Positions 17,099 through 20,000 of a stretch of 20,000 nucleotides of DNA are shown piece after piece; position 1 is the first letter of the stretch, and each line of letters starts with the position of its first letter. The stretch lies in the IMG/VR virus record IMGVR_UViG_3300042867_000770. The stretch is one strand, 5' to 3'. The stretch is from an uncultured virus (IMG/VR IMGVR_UViG_3300042867_000770) (taxonomy: Duplodnaviria; Heunggongvirae; Uroviricota; Caudoviricetes). A program made the translations under genes and the position numbers. The notes beneath the pieces are model-generated. The model had not been told where the DNA came from. It did not search any database and was given only the letters and a program-made list of their open reading frames with translations.

Positions 17099-17812
17099 AT
17101 GTCAAAAAGATCAGATGAGATAGATAAAAAATTTATATACACGGATACCAATCCGGAAAATATAGTCGTTGCTAAAAAGAACGCAATGTTTTATCGCAGA
17201 GGCAATGAATTTTATGTTAATCATAATGGAGTAGTAAATGGAAAGTGGGAAAAACTTCCATATAAAACAGTTATCATTCCACATCCGCCAAAATCAAAGG
17301 TCATAAAATACAAAAAAGAACAAGAACTTTGGGTAAAAACAACTGATGGACTTTTGGATGAGTTTGACGACTTATTGCCAGACACAGGTTGGAAGTTTCT
17401 CAGTTATCAAAATATATTTGCTGCTGCTCCTACGGCTGCTTTCAGCATCAAAAATCTTAATTGGATATTTCCTGTGCCAGTATCTTCAAATGATACAGCT
17501 GGAAACAACAACAGCAGAAGTTATGATGAAAATTATTTTTATGCCAAGATTTCTAATAAATGGGTCAGAACTCCAATTACAATATTTGATTATGCTGGAA
17601 ATTCTACATCAGATAATGAAAATTTAAATAATTTTCTACCATTTGTTGCTCCACCAAGATTTTTACCAGTGCCAGCAACATCAGCAACAATTAATGATGC
17701 GGTGATAGGTGATCAAACATATGATGCAGATTTTTTTTATATAAAACCATCTGTTTCAAAAAGATCCATATTAAATGTTTATTATAATAGTAATAAAATG
17801 ACAAGATTTTAG
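17099..17812 (+). CDS. Hypothetical fibre-associated protein with a duplicated P.P.S....YD..YFY motif
   Basis: PVPVSSNDTAGNNNSRSYDENYFYAK and PVPATSATINDAVIGDQTYDADFFYIK, plus LWVKT.....DTGW. These resemble short motifs in phage fibre proteins. Confidence 0.7.
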   Translation: MSKRSDEIDKKFIYTDTNPENIVVAKKNAMFYRRGNEFYVNHNGVVNGKWEKLPYKTVIIPHPPKSKVIKYKKEQELWVKTTDGLLDEFDDLLPDTGWKFLSYQNIFAAAPTAAFSIKNLNWIFPVPVSSNDTAGNNNSRSYDENYFYAKISNKWVRTPITIFDYAGNSTSDNENLNNFLPFVAPPRFLPVPATSATINDAVIGDQTYDADFFYIKPSVSKRSILNVYYNSNKMTRF

Positions 17813-17820
17813 TATTTATA
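17813..17820 (+). promoter_or_regulatory. TATTTATA putative late-promoter element
   Basis: Ends 10 nt before the ATG at 17831. Confidence 0.5.
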
Positions 17821-17830
17821 TAAAAATATC

Positions 17831-20000
17831 ATGAGTCTAGACCCAAAAACCATTTACAATGTTCAGAGATCATCAGACGGTGCTGCATGGGAAGAAATAT
17901 ACATAAGCGGCAGCAACTTGGTATTACACACAAATGAAAATGGTGTATTAACGGGTTCTTCAGTATTGCCTGCTGCTATTACAGCAAGTTATGCTTTGAC
18001 TGCATCATATGTGATTGGCGGTGGTGGAACCAATGGCAGCAGCGGCACCAGTGGAGAATCTGGATCAAGTGGAACAGACGGCAATAGTGGAACCAGTGGA
18101 ACCAGTGGAGTCAACGGCAGCAGCGGCACAGATGGCGCAAGTGGAAGCAGTGGAAGCAGCGGAACCAGTGGAGCCAACGGCAGCAGCGGAACTAGCGGCA
18201 GCAGCGGTTCAAGTGGAAGCAGCGGCAGCAGCGGCAGCAGCGGTTCAAGTGGAAGCAGCGGCAGCAGCGGCAGCAGCGGCACAGGTGGTTCAAGTGGAAG
18301 CAGTGGAGCTGATGGTACTGATGGAGCAAGTTTTGATTGGGAGGGTGGGTGGTTAAGTATTTCTACATATCTAAAAAATGATGTTGTTTTTTACGAAGGA
18401 AGTTCTTGGATAGCTTTAGATAATATTTCAAGTGGTGGACAATCACCACCACTAGCAACAGGTTCATGGTCTATCATGACCGCAGCTGGTACTTCTGGCA
18501 CAGCAGGTAGTAGTGGTTCTAGTGGCACAAGTGGACAAAATGGATCTAGTGGCACTTCTGGTTCTAATGGTACAAGTGGTACTGATGGCACAAGTGGTTC
18601 AAGTGGATCTACCGGCACAAGTGGCTCGTCAGGCTCTACAGGAACAAGTGGTTCAAGCGGAACAGACGGTTCGTCTGGCACAAGCGGTTCAAATGGCTCA
18701 AGTGGCTCAAGTGGCTCGTCAGGCACAAGCGGCACTGATGGCACAAGTGGAACTTCTGGCACAGACGGTACGAGTGGTTCGTCAGGCACTGATGGTACAA
18801 GTGGAACTTCTGGCACAGACGGCACAAGTGGTTCGTCTGGCACAAGTGGCACAGACGGTACTTCTGGTACTGATGGAACAAGTGGCTCGTCAGGCACAAG
18901 CGGCACTGATGGTACAAGTGGAACTTCTGGCACAGACGGCACGAGTGGTTCGTCTGGCACAAGTGGCACAGACGGTACAAGCGGTTCTAGTGGAACCAGT
19001 GGCACGGATGGTACCAGTGGAACTTCTGGCACAGACGGCACGAGTGGTTCGTCAGGCACTGATGGTACCAGTGGAACTTCTGGCACAGACGGCACGAGTG
19101 GTTCGTCAGGCACAAGTGGCACAGACGGTACAAGTGGTTCTAGTGGAACCAGTGGCACGGATGGTACAAGCGGTTCTAGTGGAACAAGCGGAACAGACGG
19201 CTCTAGCGGTACAAGCGGCACAGATGGTACAAGTGGTACAAGTGGTACAGACGGTTCGTCTGGCACAAGTGGCACGGATGGTACAAGCGGTTCTTCTGGT
19301 ACAGACGGCTCTAGCGGTACGAGCGGCACAGATGGCACAAGTGGTTCATCTGGCACAGACGGCTCGTCTGGCACAAGTGGCACAGACGGGTCGAGTGGCA
19401 CAAGTGGTACTGATGGTACGAGTGGTTCTTCGGGAACTGATGGTTCAAGTGGCACAAGCGGAACAGATGGCACAAGTGGAACAAGTGGATCATCTGGCAC
19501 AGACGGTTCAAGTGGAACGAGTGGTACGGACGGTTCAAGTGGAACGAGTGGTACGGACGGTTCAAGTGGAACAAGCGGAACAGATGGTTCAAGTGGAACA
19601 AGCGGAACAGATGGCACAAGTGGATCTTCTGGCACAGACGGCTCATCTGGTACGAGCGGTACAGACGGTTCAAGCGGCACAAGCGGAACTGATGGTTCAA
19701 GTGGAACAAGTGGTACGGATGGTTCTAGCGGTACAAGTGGCACAGACGGATCAAGCGGCACAAGCGGAACAGATGGTTCGTCTGGTACAAGTGGTACGGA
19801 TGGTTCTAGCGGTACAAGTGGTACGGATGGTTCTAGCGGTACGAGCGGAACAGATGGCACAAGTGGATCATCTGGCACAGACGGTTCGTCTGGTACGAGC
19901 GGTACTGATGGTACGAGTGGATCATCTGGCACAGATGGCACAAGTGGTACAAGTGGTACAAGTGGTACAGACGGTTCGTCTGGCACAAGTGGCACGGATG
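17831..20000 (+). CDS. Large Gly-X-Y (collagen-like/polyglycine) fibre protein with an embedded CBM5/12-like module, 3'-truncated
   Basis: Translated by hand from the ATG at 17831: MSLDPKTIYNVQRSSDGAAWEEIYISGSNL...ITASYALTASYVIGGGGTNGSSGTSG.... No stop was seen to the window end, which explains its absence from the ORF track. The module FDWEGGW....TYLKNDVVFYEGSSWIA...P....GSW lies at 18332-18469. Confidence 0.9.
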   Translation, partial: MSLDPKTIYNVQRSSDGAAWEEIYISGSNLVLHTNENGVLTGSSVLPAAITASYALTASYVIGGGGTNGSSGTSGESGSSGTDGNSGTSGTSGVNGSSGTDGASGSSGSSGTSGANGSSGTSGSSGSSGSSGSSGSSGSSGSSGSSGSSGTGGSSGSSGADGTDGASFDWEGGWLSISTYLKNDVVFYEGSSWIALDNISSGGQSPPLATGSWSIMTAAGTSGTAGSSGSSGTSGQNGSSGTSGSNGTSGTDGTSGSSGSTGTSGSSGSTGTSGSSGTDGSSGTSGSNGSSGSSGSSGTSGTDGTSGTSGTDGTSGSSGTDGTSGTSGTDGTSGSSGTSGTDGTSGTDGTSGSSGTSGTDGTSGTSGTDGTSGSSGTSGTDGTSGSSGTSGTDGTSGTSGTDGTSGSSGTDGTSGTSGTDGTSGSSGTSGTDGTSGSSGTSGTDGTSGSSGTSGTDGSSGTSGTDGTSGTSGTDGSSGTSGTDGTSGSSGTDGSSGTSGTDGTSGSSGTDGSSGTSGTDGSSGTSGTDGTSGSSGTDGSSGTSGTDGTSGTSGSSGTDGSSGTSGTDGSSGTSGTDGSSGTSGTDGSSGTSGTDGTSGSSGTDGSSGTSGTDGSSGTSGTDGSSGTSGTDGSSGTSGTDGSSGTSGTDGSSGTSGTDGSSGTSGTDGSSGTSGTDGTSGSSGTDGSSGTSGTDGTSGSSGTDGTSGTSGTSGTDGSSGTSGTD
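18488..20000 (+). repeat. Long 9-bp-period coding repeat (GTS/GTD/GSS triplets, about 168 triplets in the window)
   Basis: GGN-ACN-AGY / GGN-ACN-GAY / GGN-TCN-TCN(AGY) units with mixed synonymous codons. Confidence 0.95.

Noticed and set aside
17989..19995. Minus-strand Pro/Leu/Val-rich ORFs (534 aa, 97 aa, 114 aa, 132 aa) and the alternative-frame + ORF at 18015
   Set aside because: These are shadows of the Gly-X-Y repeat gene; low-complexity repeats lack stops in other frames.
1..20000. Stop-codon reassignment, as in some large phages
   Set aside because: Genes are full length and densely packed in the standard code. TAA, TGA (14546) and TAG (17812) all appear at plausible gene ends.

Overview
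This window is part of the virion-morphogenesis region of a large, AT-rich, T4-like (myovirus-type) tailed phage. Gene order on the + strand is: 3' part of a gp21-like prohead protease, three acidic head-associated ORFs, scaffold protein, gp23-like major capsid protein, intrinsic terminator, then an accessory block (GIY-YIG homing endonuclease, NucA-type nuclease with signal peptide, and a lysozyme-fold gene on the - strand). It continues with a gp13-like neck protein, a DUF559/Vsr-like endonuclease, a 916-aa repeat protein, a gp14-like neck protein, a gp15-like tail terminator, and fibre-type genes with proline-free Gly-X-Y tracts. The last fibre gene (17831 to beyond 20000) is missing from the ORF track. 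The most striking element is the 916-aa protein: 18 near-identical Kelch-like blades in three 6-blade units, with a nearly invariant framework and two hypervariable positions per blade, like an antibody-style binding array. Other notable signals are a likely capsid-targeting/protease-cleavage leader on the lysozyme, a TATTTATA upstream motif (reverse complement of the T4 late promoter), a structured leader before the scaffold/capsid operon, and [ST][GA]S motifs enriched in virion-surface proteins. All family calls come from motif recognition and synteny; no database searches were run.
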